DNA of 64,000 nt from Ignavibacteriales bacterium (GTDB lineage: Bacteria; Bacteroidota; Ignavibacteria; UBA10030; UBA6906). The stretch is taken from NCBI GenBank assembly GCA_037441705.1, contig JBBIRR010000014.1:1-64000 (forward strand), read 5' to 3'. Numbering within the stretch: position 1 is the stretch's first letter; each line of letters starts with the position of its first letter. Shown here piece after piece: positions 8,715 through 18,972 of the stretch. The position numbers were made by a program, and so were the translations under genes. The notes under the pieces are model-generated. The model was not told the origin of the DNA. It ran no database searches and was given only the letters and a program-made list of their open reading frames with translations.

Positions 8715-11024
8715 TTATTCGTACATCGTTTCGAGCTGCGGCGTCACGCGAGCAGTGCGCGTTATCCCCTCTTCCCCCGAATCCTGCGCATCACGCACGG
8801 CCATCGCCGTTACGTTCACGATGTCGGTCACCTCGTTGCCCGGGATGAGCACGTACACGGGCTTGCGCATGCCGAGCAGGATCGGGCCGTACATTTCTGC
8901 ACCGCCTAACTTTGCCAGAAGTTTATAGGCGATGTTCGCCGACTCGAGGTTCGGGCAGACTAACAGGTTTGCGCCGCCCTTCAGCGTGCTGAAGGGATAC
9001 AGCGTCTCGATAATCTCCGGCGCGACGGCCGTATCGGCCATCATCTCGCCGTCCACCATCAACTCGGGAGCGCGTTTCTTCACCAGCTCCGCGGCCTTTG
9101 CCATCTTCTGTGCGGATGGATGTTGTGTGCTGCCGAAGTTGCTGAAGGAAAGCATGGCGATGCGCGGTACGATGTCGAAGCTGCGTACCTTCTCCGCCGC
9201 GAGGATCGCAATCTCCGCCAGTTGTTCTGCGGTGGGATCGAAGTTCACCGTCGCATCGGTGATGAACTTGACGTCGTTCTTGAAGACGAGCATGTAGAGT
9301 CCGGCGATGGTACTGATGCCCGGCAGAGGTTTGATGATCTGCAGTGCGGGTCTGATCGTCTCGGGGTAGTGCTGCGTCAGTCCTGCCACCAACCCGTCGG
9401 CATCTCCCGTCTGCACCATCATCATTCCGTAGTTGATGGGGCGCTGGATTTGGTTGCAAGCGTCTTTCTGGGTCACCCCTTTTCGCTTGCGCATGTCATA
9501 GAACTTGCTCACATACTCGTTGAACTTCTGCGAGTGAATAGGATCGATGATCTCCACGCCCGTCAGGTCCAGATCGAGCATCTTGATCTTCTCGCTGATG
9601 GTATCGCGGTTGCCTAACAGGATGGGTTTAGCGATTTCTTCGTCGAGAATGATCTGGCTTGCACGCAGCACTTTCTCTTCTGTGCCTTCGGGGAAGACGA
9701 TCCGTTTCGGTGCGCGCTGCGCCTTGTGGATGACCGTGCGCATGATCTCTTTGCCGCGTCCGAACCGGCTTTCGAGTGCATCCCGGTACGCGTCGAGGTT
9801 CTCGATGGGCTTGCGGGCAACGCCGGTTTCCATCGCGGCTTTGGCGACGGCCGGCGCTTCCCACAGCAGCACGCGCGGATCGAGCGGCTTGGGAATGATG
9901 TAGTCGCGCCCGAATTTGATCGGCTTGCCGCCGTACGCTTTGATCACCGAATCGGGGACATCTTCTTTGGCAAGGGCGGCAAGGGCGCGCGCGGCGGCCA
10001 GCTTCATCTCGTTATTGATCGCCGTCGCCATCACATCGAGCGCTCCGCGGAAAATGAAGGGGAAGCCCAGCACATTATTCACCTGATTCGGATAGTCCGA
10101 CCGGCCGGTTGCCATGATGAGGTCCTTGCGAACGTCGAAGGCCTCTTCGGGTGTAATTTCGGGATCAGGATTGGCCATAGCAAAGATGATCGCATCTTCT
10201 GCCATGCTCTTGACCATCTCCTTGGTCACGACGCCTTTCACCGACACGCCGGCGAACACGTCGGCGCCGCGCATGGCATCGGCAAGCGTCCGCGCGTCTG
10301 TTTCGATGGCAAAGAACTCTTTGTACGGGTTCATTCCCTCTTTCCGCCCTTTATACACGACGCCCTTGGTGTCGACAAGAATCAGGTTCTCCTTTTTCAC
10401 GCCGAGCTGAAGATAGAACTTCGCGCAGGCAATGCCTGCGGCTCCCGCGCCGCTGAAGACGATCTTCACCTCATCAATTTTCTTCCCGACAAGTTCCAGA
10501 GCGTTCAGCAGACCTGCGCCGGAGATGATGGCCGTCCCGTGCTGGTCGTCGTGGAACACGGGAATGTTCATGATCTTCTTCAGCTCTTCTTCGATGTGGA
10601 AACACTCGGGCGCCTTGATATCTTCGAGATTGATGCCGCCGAACGTAGGCTCCAATGCCTTCACGATGCGAATGATCTCGTCCGGATCCTTCGAATCAAT
10701 TTCGATGTCGAACACATCAATGTCGGCGAACCGCTTGAAGAGCACGCCCTTGCCTTCCATGACGGGCTTGCCGGCAGCCGGGCCGATATCGCCGAGTCCA
10801 AGAACGGCGGTACCGTTGGAGACGACAGCCACAAGATTTCCTTTTGCTGTGTACTTGTACACATCCGCCGGATTCGCCGCAATCTCGCGGCAGGGTTCAG
10901 CGACCCCCGGCGTATAGGCAAGCGAGAGATCGCGCTGCGTGGCGCACGGCTTGGTCAGGGCAATCTCGATCTTGCCTCTGCGGCCTTGACTGTGATAGTC
11001 GAGCGCATCCTGTTTTCGTATCAT
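8715..11024 (-). CDS. maeB: NADP-dependent malic enzyme with C-terminal PTA-like domain
   Basis: [48 protein letters not shown], then RIVFPEG and LSFSNFGS in the PTA domain. Confidence 0.95.
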   Translation of the reverse strand: MIRKQDALDYHSQGRRGKIEIALTKPCATQRDLSLAYTPGVAEPCREIAANPADVYKYTAKGNLVAVVSNGTAVLGLGDIGPAAGKPVMEGKGVLFKRFADIDVFDIEIDSKDPDEIIRIVKALEPTFGGINLEDIKAPECFHIEEELKKIMNIPVFHDDQHGTAIISGAGLLNALELVGKKIDEVKIVFSGAGAAGIACAKFYLQLGVKKENLILVDTKGVVYKGRKEGMNPYKEFFAIETDARTLADAMRGADVFAGVSVKGVVTKEMVKSMAEDAIIFAMANPDPEITPEEAFDVRKDLIMATGRSDYPNQVNNVLGFPFIFRGALDVMATAINNEMKLAAARALAALAKEDVPDSVIKAYGGKPIKFGRDYIIPKPLDPRVLLWEAPAVAKAAMETGVARKPIENLDAYRDALESRFGRGKEIMRTVIHKAQRAPKRIVFPEGTEEKVLRASQIILDEEIAKPILLGNRDTISEKIKMLDLDLTGVEIIDPIHSQKFNEYVSKFYDMRKRKGVTQKDACNQIQRPINYGMMMVQTGDADGLVAGLTQHYPETIRPALQIIKPLPGISTIAGLYMLVFKNDVKFITDATVNFDPTAEQLAEIAILAAEKVRSFDIVPRIAMLSFSNFGSTQHPSAQKMAKAAELVKKRAPELMVDGEMMADTAVAPEIIETLYPFSTLKGGANLLVCPNLESANIAYKLLAKLGGAEMYGPILLGMRKPVYVLIPGNEVTDIVNVTAMAVRDAQDSGEEGITRTARVTPQLETMYE

Positions 11025-11155
11025 GATCTAACCTCCATCTGAAGTTTGTTCGAAGTCAATGCCATGCAGTCACGCTGCAAACAGTTTTCGAAGGGAGACT
11101 TGATGACTCTAGGCCAGCGTGGGTGAATCGACATACGTTTTCATAAGAGAAACGG

Positions 11156-11170
11156 TCAAAGCGCGTGCCA
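11156..11170 (-). promoter_or_regulatory. Possible sigma54 -24/-12 promoter for maeB
   Basis: Minus strand TGGCAC-GCGCT-TTGA; one mismatch at -12 from TGGCAC-N5-TTGC. Confidence 0.4.
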
Positions 11171-11315
11171 TGCAGAAGGAGCGGTTTGTCAAGAGCTTTC
11201 AGCGCCTTCCGCACGACGTTTCTCAGATTTGGAAACGCTGCATGGGCTTTTCTCAAAGATACGAAACGATGTCGTTCGTTTCTTCATCAGCTTTAAAGAT
11301 GCGGGCTACATCCTT

Positions 11316-11344
11316 TTGCATTTCGCAGCGCGGCTCAATATATT
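11316..11344 (+). promoter_or_regulatory. sigma70-type promoter for glgA
   Basis: TTGCAT-17 bp-TATATT. Confidence 0.55.
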
Positions 11345-11382
11345 GGCACTCGAACCTATTACCTCCCACGAATATCGTTCTG

Positions 11383-12846
11383 ATGAAAATCGCCATTGCT
11401 GCCTCCGAGTGCGCACCGTTTGCCAAGACCGGCGGCCTCGCAGACGTTGTCGGCTCGCTCCCCAAAGCACTCCAGCAGATCGGCTGCGACGTGAAGGTAT
11501 TCATCCCCAAGTACAACACGATCGACGAATCGAAGTATGATTTGCACTACGAGTATGCCATCGGCGAAATGCCCGTGCGTGTGGCCGGCATTGCCTGGCC
11601 GGTGCATGTCGTCAGTGCAACGCTTCCCGCTTCCGCCGTCCCTATCTACTTCATCGACTGTCCGCACTTTTTTCACCGCGGAAGAATCTACACCGACGGA
11701 TACGACGAAGACGGCCGATTTATTCTCTTCATGAAAGCCGTTATCGAAACACTCCAGCGTCTGCGCTGGGCGCCGGACGTCGTGCACTGCAACGATTGGC
11801 AGACGGGCCTTATTCCTCTTCTGCTCAAAGATAATTACCGATGGGATAGAATGTTCGACAACACGGCGACACTCTACTCGATCCACAACATCGGGTATCA
11901 GGGATTGTTCGGCAGAACAGCGATGGAGATTGCCGAGATACGCTCAGAGCATTTTCCCGTGCTGGAAATGCACGGCGGTGTCTCCTTCATGAAGGCGGGG
12001 ATTCTTTCCGCGGAGGTGATCAGTACGGTGAGCGAGACGTACGCGCGCGAGATTCTCTCGGCAGAGTACGGCGCGGGCATGGAGGGGATTCTCTGGCTGC
12101 GGCGAGACGATCTGCACGGCGTGCTCAACGGCATCGACGTGGACGTCTGGAACCCCGAGACGGACCCCCATCTTCCTCATCCTTACTCCAAAGAAAATCT
12201 TGCCGGAAAATATTTGAACAAGAAGTTCTTCTTGGAGAAAATCGGGATGCCCTACAATCCCAACCGTCCGCTCATCGGGATCGTCTCGCGGCTCGTTGCA
12301 CAGAAAGGATTCGATACGGTTGCGGAGGCTATCGATGGACTGATGGAGCTCGATGCTCAGTGGGTTATTCTCGGCTCGGGCGAAGAACGGTACGAGCGGA
12401 TGTTCACCGCTCTCCATCACGCCCGGCCGCACAAGGTGTGGACGTACATCGGTTTCAACAACGAGCTTGCTCATCTGATCGAAGCCGCCTCCGACATGTT
12501 TCTGATGCCCTCGCATTACGAGCCGTGCGGTCTCAACCAGATGTACAGTCTGCGTTACGGCACCATTCCGATTGTGCGCAAGACGGGCGGCCTTGCCGAT
12601 ACCGTGCATGACTGGCATGAGTTCCAATCGCTTGGCAGTGACAGGGGGAACGGATTTTCCTACCACGACGCGACGGGCTACGCGCTCTCGACCACGGTTT
12701 CCCGCGCCGTGGACATGTTTTACAACGACAAGCGGACGTGGCATCGTATGATGATGAACGGCATGAACACCGATTTTTCGTGGAAGGCATCGGCAAGGAA
12801 GTACCTGCACCTGTACGAGATGGCGGTGATGAAGCGTTCAGGGTGA
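11383..12846 (+). CDS. glgA: Glycogen synthase (start at MKIAIAASE, not 11119)
   Basis: KTGGLADV, HCNDWQT, IHNIGYQG, SRLVAQKG, PSHYEPCGLNQ. Confidence 0.95.
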   Translation: MKIAIAASECAPFAKTGGLADVVGSLPKALQQIGCDVKVFIPKYNTIDESKYDLHYEYAIGEMPVRVAGIAWPVHVVSATLPASAVPIYFIDCPHFFHRGRIYTDGYDEDGRFILFMKAVIETLQRLRWAPDVVHCNDWQTGLIPLLLKDNYRWDRMFDNTATLYSIHNIGYQGLFGRTAMEIAEIRSEHFPVLEMHGGVSFMKAGILSAEVISTVSETYAREILSAEYGAGMEGILWLRRDDLHGVLNGIDVDVWNPETDPHLPHPYSKENLAGKYLNKKFFLEKIGMPYNPNRPLIGIVSRLVAQKGFDTVAEAIDGLMELDAQWVILGSGEERYERMFTALHHARPHKVWTYIGFNNELAHLIEAASDMFLMPSHYEPCGLNQMYSLRYGTIPIVRKTGGLADTVHDWHEFQSLGSDRGNGFSYHDATGYALSTTVSRAVDMFYNDKRTWHRMMMNGMNTDFSWKASARKYLHLYEMAVMKRSG

Positions 12847-12864
12847 CCTGTTTCGACACGGCTG

Positions 12865-12893
12865 TTGACAACCCATCTATATCTTGGTATATT
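12865..12893 (+). promoter_or_regulatory. sigma70-type promoter for lon-dnaX
   Basis: TTGACA-17 bp-TATATT with TGn extended -10. Confidence 0.7.
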
Positions 12894-12970
12894 TTTCCAG
12901 CCACGAAAACAGAAGGTGTCTGATGCGACACCTTTTTCCATCTTGAACGAGAAGGCTTCACACAATTTCC

Positions 12971-15352
12971 ATGCAACCTGATTCCCTGACCGGCGGCGGA
13001 CCGCAATACGCAGAACAGCTCGACGCCATACCCAGTCAACTGCCCGTGTTGCCGCTGCGCGATGTTGTTGTGTTTCCGTATATGATCTTCCCCGTGCTGG
13101 TCGGTCGCGAGTCGTCGCTCCGGGCCGTGAACGAAGCGCTGGAACGCGAGAAGTTCATCTTCCTCGCCGCACAGCGGCATTCGGTGACGGAAGAACCGAC
13201 GGCCGACGATATCTACCACGACGGTACGATCGCCAAGATTATCCAGATCCTCAAACTGCCAAACGGCTTGATGAAGATTCTGGTGGATGGAGTTGTGCAG
13301 GCGTCCGTCAAGCGGTTCATCCCCAACGGAAAATTCCTGGAGGCTGAGCTGGAGATCCATTTCGCACACGTGACGATGGACTCCGAGCTGGATGCCCTCC
13401 TGCGGCACACCTCGAGCCTCTTTGCCGAATACGTGCACCTGAACCGCAACGTGCCGAGCGAAGTGATGCTTGCCTTCGAAAACACGAAGGATGTTCAGCG
13501 GAAAGTCTTCTATATCGCATCGAATATCCTGCAAACCGTCGACATCAAACAAAAAATCCTTGAGCTTACCAACACGCGCGATCAGCTGCACGAGCTCATC
13601 CGCATCCTGAACTCTGAAAACGATGTGTTGAAGATCGAGAAAGAGATCGACTCGAAGGTGCATGATAACATCGCGAAGTCGCAGCGGAAGTATTTCATCC
13701 AGGAACAGATCCGCATCCTGCAGGACGAGCTGGGCGAAGAAGAATCATCGCCGGAGCTTCTCAAACTGCGCGAGGATATCCGGAAGGCAAAGATGCCGAA
13801 GGCCGTAGAAGAGAAAGCGATGGAGGAGTACAACAAACTCCGGAAGACGCCTCCGCTCTCTCCCGAATCGACCGTGATCCGCAGCTACATTGATTGGTTG
13901 ATCAGCGTGCCGTGGTACAAGCGCACGAAGGACAACTTGAATGTGGAACACGTTCGGGCCATTCTCGATGAAGATCATTTCGGGCTGGAGAAGCCGAAGG
14001 AGAGAATCCTCGAACACATTGCGGTGCTGAACCTTGTTCGCGAGATGAAGGGGCAAATCCTCTGCTTCGTCGGCCCGCCCGGGGTGGGGAAGACGTCGCT
14101 GGCCAAATCCATTGCACGAGCATTGGGACGCAAGCTCGTGCGCATTTCGTTAGGGGGCGTGCGAGATGAGGCGGAGATTCGCGGCCACCGCCGCACGTAC
14201 ATCGGCTCGATGCCCGGAAAAATCATCCAGTCCATGAAGCGCGCCGGCGTCATCAATCCGGTGATGCTGTTAGATGAGGTGGATAAGATGAGCATGGACT
14301 TCCGCGGCGATCCGTCGTCGGCCTTGCTGGAGGTGCTCGACCCGGAGCAGAACTGCACGTTCAACGATCATTATCTCGACGTGGATTACGATCTTTCTCA
14401 CGTCATGTTCATTACCACGGCCAACGTGCGCTACCAGATTCCGCTGCCGCTGCAGGATCGGATGGAGATCATCGAGCTTTCCGGCTACCTCCAGCACGAC
14501 AAACGAGAAATCGCCAAGCGGCATATCATCCCGAAGCAACTGCAGGAGCACGGGCTTGCCAAGAGCGGCATCACCATTACCGATCCGGCCATCGACAAGA
14601 TCATTACGGAATACACCCGCGAAGCCGGCGTGCGCAACCTCGAGCGGGAGCTTGCCTCGGTCTGTCGCAAGATCGCCAAGGATATTGTCAGCGGCAATCA
14701 GAAAAACGGAAAGAAGGACCGCTCGGGCAGTCAATTCATCGTGACCCCCGAGAAAGTCGAAGAGTACCTCGGCGTTCCGAAGTTCCGCAACCGTCTGCGT
14801 GCCGATACCAATCGGGTCGGCTCAGCCACGGGCCTCGCGTGGACAAACGTCGGCGGCGACATCCTGCATGTGGACGTCACCGTCATGAGCGGCAAAGAGA
14901 AGCTGACGCTGACGGGCCAGCTCGGCGATGTGATGAAAGAATCGGCTCAGGCGGCGTTGAGTTATCTGCGCTCGAACGCGAAAGAACTCGGTCTCGATCC
15001 GGACTTTTACAAGGACCGGGAGCTGCATGTGCATCTGCCCGAAGGCGCGATACCGAAGGACGGACCCTCGGCCGGCATTACCATGGTGATGGCGATGTAC
15101 TCCGCCATCAGCGGAAAGCCCGCCCGCGCCGACGTTGCAATGACGGGCGAGATTACCCTGCGCGGCGAAGTGCTTGCCATCGGCGGCCTGAACGAAAAGC
15201 TCATCGCCGCGCAACGCAGCGGCATCACGACGGTGCTCATCCCGCAGGAGAACGTCAAGGACCTCAGCGAGATCCCCCAGCGCGTGAAAGAGGGCTTGAC
15301 GATTATTCCGATCAGCAAGATTGAGGAAGCGTTGCAGCATGTGTTCGCGTGA
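12971..15352 (+). CDS. lon: ATP-dependent Lon protease
   Basis: LPLRDVVVFP N-domain, GPPGVGKTS Walker A, LLDEVDK Walker B, PKDGPSAG catalytic Ser, IGGLNEK catalytic Lys. Confidence 0.97.
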   Translation: MQPDSLTGGGPQYAEQLDAIPSQLPVLPLRDVVVFPYMIFPVLVGRESSLRAVNEALEREKFIFLAAQRHSVTEEPTADDIYHDGTIAKIIQILKLPNGLMKILVDGVVQASVKRFIPNGKFLEAELEIHFAHVTMDSELDALLRHTSSLFAEYVHLNRNVPSEVMLAFENTKDVQRKVFYIASNILQTVDIKQKILELTNTRDQLHELIRILNSENDVLKIEKEIDSKVHDNIAKSQRKYFIQEQIRILQDELGEEESSPELLKLREDIRKAKMPKAVEEKAMEEYNKLRKTPPLSPESTVIRSYIDWLISVPWYKRTKDNLNVEHVRAILDEDHFGLEKPKERILEHIAVLNLVREMKGQILCFVGPPGVGKTSLAKSIARALGRKLVRISLGGVRDEAEIRGHRRTYIGSMPGKIIQSMKRAGVINPVMLLDEVDKMSMDFRGDPSSALLEVLDPEQNCTFNDHYLDVDYDLSHVMFITTANVRYQIPLPLQDRMEIIELSGYLQHDKREIAKRHIIPKQLQEHGLAKSGITITDPAIDKIITEYTREAGVRNLERELASVCRKIAKDIVSGNQKNGKKDRSGSQFIVTPEKVEEYLGVPKFRNRLRADTNRVGSATGLAWTNVGGDILHVDVTVMSGKEKLTLTGQLGDVMKESAQAALSYLRSNAKELGLDPDFYKDRELHVHLPEGAIPKDGPSAGITMVMAMYSAISGKPARADVAMTGEITLRGEVLAIGGLNEKLIAAQRSGITTVLIPQENVKDLSEIPQRVKEGLTIIPISKIEEALQHVFA

Positions 15353-15397
15353 TGCGGCAGTCAGGGATTTCAGAGATCGTATTCGTTTGCATGAATC

Positions 15398-17053
15398 ATG
15401 AGTGATTACATCGTTACTGCCCGCAAGTGGCGGCCCATGAAGTTCGACGATGTCGCCGCGCAGACGCACGTCACCCACACGCTGAAGAACGCGATCAAAC
15501 AGAACCGGCTGGCGCACGCGTATCTGTTTGCCGGGCCGCGCGGCGTGGGGAAAACCACTACGGCGCGCCTGCTTGCCAAGCTCGTGAACTGCCAGAATCC
15601 CACGACAGACATCGAACCGGACAACACGTGCGAGATGTGCGTCGAAATTACGGAAGGACGCAGCTTCGACGTGCTGGAGATTGACGGCGCCTCCAATCGC
15701 GGCGTGGACGAGATTCGCAACCTCCGCGATGCCGTGCGCTACGGACCCGCGAAGGGCAAGTACAAAGTGTACATCATTGACGAAGTGCATATGTTGACCA
15801 AGGAGGCGTTCAACGCGCTGCTGAAGACACTCGAAGAGCCTCCGCATCACGTGCTGTTCATCTTCGCCACCACGGAAGTGCACAAGCTTCCGGCCACGAT
15901 CATTTCCCGCTGCCAGCGGTTCGATTTCCGGCGCATCACCGTCGAAGAGATCATGACGAACCTGCGCACGATTGCGCAGAAAGAATCCATCGCCATCGAG
16001 GAGGAGGCCCTCCTGCTGATTGCCAAGAAGGGCGATGGCTCAATGCGCGACGCGCAAAGCATCTTCGACCAGATTGTTGCGCTGTGCGGCAAGACCGTCA
16101 CCAAGAACCAGATCCTGCACGCACTGAATATTGTGGATCAGGACTTCTACTTTCGCGTGACCGATCTTATCCAGGCACAGGATGCAAAGGGCGGACTTGA
16201 GCTGGTGCAGGAGATCATGGAACGTGGGTACGACATTAAAGACTTCCTCTCGGGCCTGACCGAACATCTGCGGAACATTCTCACCGCGGCGACCACGGGC
16301 TCCACTGCGTTGATCGAGGAATCGGACATCTACAAAAACAAATATGCCGAGACGGCAAAGCGCTTCAGCGTAGCCGACGTGCTGCGCCTGCTGCGATTTG
16401 TGAACACGACCGAGGCGGCAATCCGGTGGAGCAGCCAGCCGCGCTTCAAGCTCGAGACCGACATCGTGCAGATGATTACGATGCCTCGCGCCGCCGACGT
16501 GGGTGATGTTCTTCAGCAAATAGAGGAGTTGAAAAAAAAACTTTCGGCAGGTAGCACGTTAGCCGACGTGCCGCAGCAGCGCATTCCTGCGCGGGCGGAG
16601 CCGTCGTCACCCCGAGCGACACCGCGACCTGTTTTCTCTCGCCCGAACACGTTAGCACAACCTCCTTCGCCCGAAACGCTTCACACGGCATCGGCGGCAC
16701 TTTCGGAAGGCGAGGTCCGTTCGCGCTGGTCCGAGCTGATTGGCGAGATACGTCGTGAACGCATCGCGCTGGGAACAATTCTCGAGACAGCGGTGCTGCA
16801 GGGCGTGCGCGGTTCGGCAATTCAAATCTCCGTGCCGGATGAATTCAGCTCCTCCGCCATCGGGCGGAACAAGGAATTGATCAACACCACCATTCAAAAG
16901 GTGTTCAACGCGCGTGGAAGACTGGAGGTGCACGTCAACCCTGACGCGGCACCCTCTATTTCTCTTGATACCGACGCTGCCATATCACCCCCGCACGAGG
17001 AGCATCCGATTGTCAAGACGATCATGCGGGAGTTGGGAGCGGAACCGCTGTGA
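15398..17053 (+). CDS. dnaX: DNA polymerase III gamma/tau subunit
   Basis: ARKWRP, GPRGVGKTT, Zn cysteines, IIDEVHML, SRCQRF, Pro-rich linker and C-terminal tau domain. Confidence 0.95.
   Translation: MSDYIVTARKWRPMKFDDVAAQTHVTHTLKNAIKQNRLAHAYLFAGPRGVGKTTTARLLAKLVNCQNPTTDIEPDNTCEMCVEITEGRSFDVLEIDGASNRGVDEIRNLRDAVRYGPAKGKYKVYIIDEVHMLTKEAFNALLKTLEEPPHHVLFIFATTEVHKLPATIISRCQRFDFRRITVEEIMTNLRTIAQKESIAIEEEALLLIAKKGDGSMRDAQSIFDQIVALCGKTVTKNQILHALNIVDQDFYFRVTDLIQAQDAKGGLELVQEIMERGYDIKDFLSGLTEHLRNILTAATTGSTALIEESDIYKNKYAETAKRFSVADVLRLLRFVNTTEAAIRWSSQPRFKLETDIVQMITMPRAADVGDVLQQIEELKKKLSAGSTLADVPQQRIPARAEPSSPRATPRPVFSRPNTLAQPPSPETLHTASAALSEGEVRSRWSELIGEIRRERIALGTILETAVLQGVRGSAIQISVPDEFSSSAIGRNKELINTTIQKVFNARGRLEVHVNPDAAPSISLDTDAAISPPHEEHPIVKTIMRELGAEPL
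16532..16540 (+). other. A9 slippery tract in dnaX, candidate recoding site
   Basis: TTG AAA AAA AAA CTT; alternative frames stop at TAG 16552-16554 and TAG 16560-16562. Confidence 0.7.
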
Positions 17054-17239
17054 GAGCTTTTCACCTGCGGCAAGCGCGTGGGGGCGTCTGTCTCCGCCGA
17101 AGGGGTTTGTGTGATGTGAAGCCTTGACTTTGACACTTCATTTGTCCAATTTTGAGCCCAGACTTATTTATGTGGAGAAGGCCCCCGCCAAAATGCTACA
17201 CTCTAACTCAAGCCGATAATCTTTAACGAGAGGTGTGCT

Positions 17240-18277
17240 ATGAAGAACCGTTGGTCTGCTGTCGTGGTGATGATGCTTGCCTTGAGCATTCCGGTGATGG
17301 CGGGAGGCATTGCAAAATACGCGGGAGAGTTCATCTCGCTCGGTGTCGGCGGCAGAGCGCTCGGCATGGGCGGAGCGTTCGTGGCATTGGCAAACGATGT
17401 CACGGCCGGATACTGGAACCCCGCCGGCCTCTCCCACATCAACTATCCGCAGTTGGCTTTGATGCATGATGAGCGCTACGGCAGTTTAGTCAACTATGAC
17501 TATGGTGCGGTCGCGCTCCCCGTCGGGCCGACGACAAGCTGGGGCTTGAGTGTCATCCGTCTCGGCGTGGATGATATTCCCGATACACGCAAAGCCGGCA
17601 TCGACGCCAACGGCAACTACACCGAGGACCCCACTCAGTTCACCCGGATCGATCCGAGTCGCGTCACCTACTTCAATGCTGCCGATTGGGCGTTCTACCT
17701 GACCTACTCGAAGAAGCAATCGGAGGATTTCTCGTACGGAGCGAACCTCAAAATCATTCGTCGCGAACTTGGCGACGCCTCCGCAACCGGCATCGGCCTC
17801 GATATCGGCGTGTGGTACAGCATCACCGACAAGATTGTTCTCGGCGCAAACTTGCAGGACGTGACGACGACCTTCCTCGCCTGGAATACAGGAACGAACG
17901 AACTGATCTCTCCCACGGTGAAGATCGGCTCGGCGTACTTCATTGAAGCGCTCGGCGGACGGTTTGCGCCGGCTGTGGACTTCGACATCCGCTTTGAGAA
18001 TAGGAAGTCTGCCTCCACGTTTGCGCTTGGCCCGGTCAGCTTCGATGCGCATGTCGGTACGGAGTTCCTGTTCAAGGACGCCATGGCCTTCCGCGTCGGC
18101 TACAACGATGTGAAGCAAGTGTCGTTCGGGGCCGGGCTTCGTTTGCCGAAGCTGAACATTGATTACTCCTTTGCGCGTTTCGCACAAGCAGCAGGCGAGC
18201 GCCTCGATGATACGCATCGCATCTCTCTCATGTTCACGCTCGAGGCGGAACAGTTCCGCAGGGTCGAAGGCTACTGA
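17240..18277 (+). CDS. PorV/PorQ-family outer-membrane protein (type IX secretion associated)
   Basis: Signal peptide; FISLGVGGRALGMGGAFVALANDVTAGYWNPAGL; beta-strand pattern ending IDYSF...THRISL. Confidence 0.8.
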   Translation: MKNRWSAVVVMMLALSIPVMAGGIAKYAGEFISLGVGGRALGMGGAFVALANDVTAGYWNPAGLSHINYPQLALMHDERYGSLVNYDYGAVALPVGPTTSWGLSVIRLGVDDIPDTRKAGIDANGNYTEDPTQFTRIDPSRVTYFNAADWAFYLTYSKKQSEDFSYGANLKIIRRELGDASATGIGLDIGVWYSITDKIVLGANLQDVTTTFLAWNTGTNELISPTVKIGSAYFIEALGGRFAPAVDFDIRFENRKSASTFALGPVSFDAHVGTEFLFKDAMAFRVGYNDVKQVSFGAGLRLPKLNIDYSFARFAQAAGERLDDTHRISLMFTLEAEQFRRVEGY

Positions 18278-18296
18278 GGTCAGCTTGTCGTTATTC

Positions 18297-18345
18297 AAGC
18301 CCCACCCTTCGTGATGGACAGCGGAGGATGGGGCTTTCGCTTTTA
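18297..18345. terminator. Imperfect hairpin between convergent genes
   Basis: AAGCCC...CTTCG / CGGAGG...GGGCTT followed by T-rich sequence. Confidence 0.4.
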
Positions 18346-18346
18346 T

Positions 18347-18826
18347 TCACTTCCACGCGCCGAGCATCCGACGCACGAGCACAAGCTGACCGAGATGATA
18401 GGCGTTGTGGTCGGCTACCAGAAGGGCCTCACGTAAAAGTGTCTGTCCGGTGCCGTGCGGAATGCGCGCGTAGAGATCGTTCGCCGGATCGGCTACAAGA
18501 TCAACCATCGCCTGCAAGTCGCGGCGGAACTGCTGCACGCTTCGCTCCCACGCGTCGCTCTGCGGAGGCGATGCGGCATGCGGCCAGTAGCCTGCCGGCC
18601 ACTCCGGCGAGACGTGCTTCGCGTCCCGGCTGAACTCCAGGATGTCCCACTGTGAAATGCGGAGATGTTCGAGCAACTGCCAGGCGGTGTAGGGGATGCC
18701 CTCCAACTTCGTTCCTGCAAGATGCATTGGAAAATCCCGAACCGCAGACTCGAAACTCACGTGCGCATGCTCTCCTCGCAGAAGTTCCTGCACATGATGC
18801 CGCAATGCCTCGTCGTTTGACGACAT
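18347..18826 (-). CDS. DinB-family protein
   Basis: [20 protein letters not shown] and [17 protein letters not shown] His motifs. Confidence 0.85.
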   Translation of the reverse strand: MSSNDEALRHHVQELLRGEHAHVSFESAVRDFPMHLAGTKLEGIPYTAWQLLEHLRISQWDILEFSRDAKHVSPEWPAGYWPHAASPPQSDAWERSVQQFRRDLQAMVDLVADPANDLYARIPHGTGQTLLREALLVADHNAYHLGQLVLVRRMLGAWK

Positions 18827-18972
18827 GATCTCCTCCGGCTTGTTGTGAAAGAATGCTACCGAAACGCAGGCAATATACCGAGCTGGAACGGCGGAAACAA
18901 TCCGAAACGCGGCGGGTGTGGTACATTCTGTGAATGCAGCTTCTCCCCTGACGCGTCACACTCCACCTTGAT

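Noticed and set aside
9726-11042. 438-aa plus-strand ORF
   Set aside because: Antisense shadow of maeB; no motifs. Long shadow ORFs are expected in GC-rich DNA.
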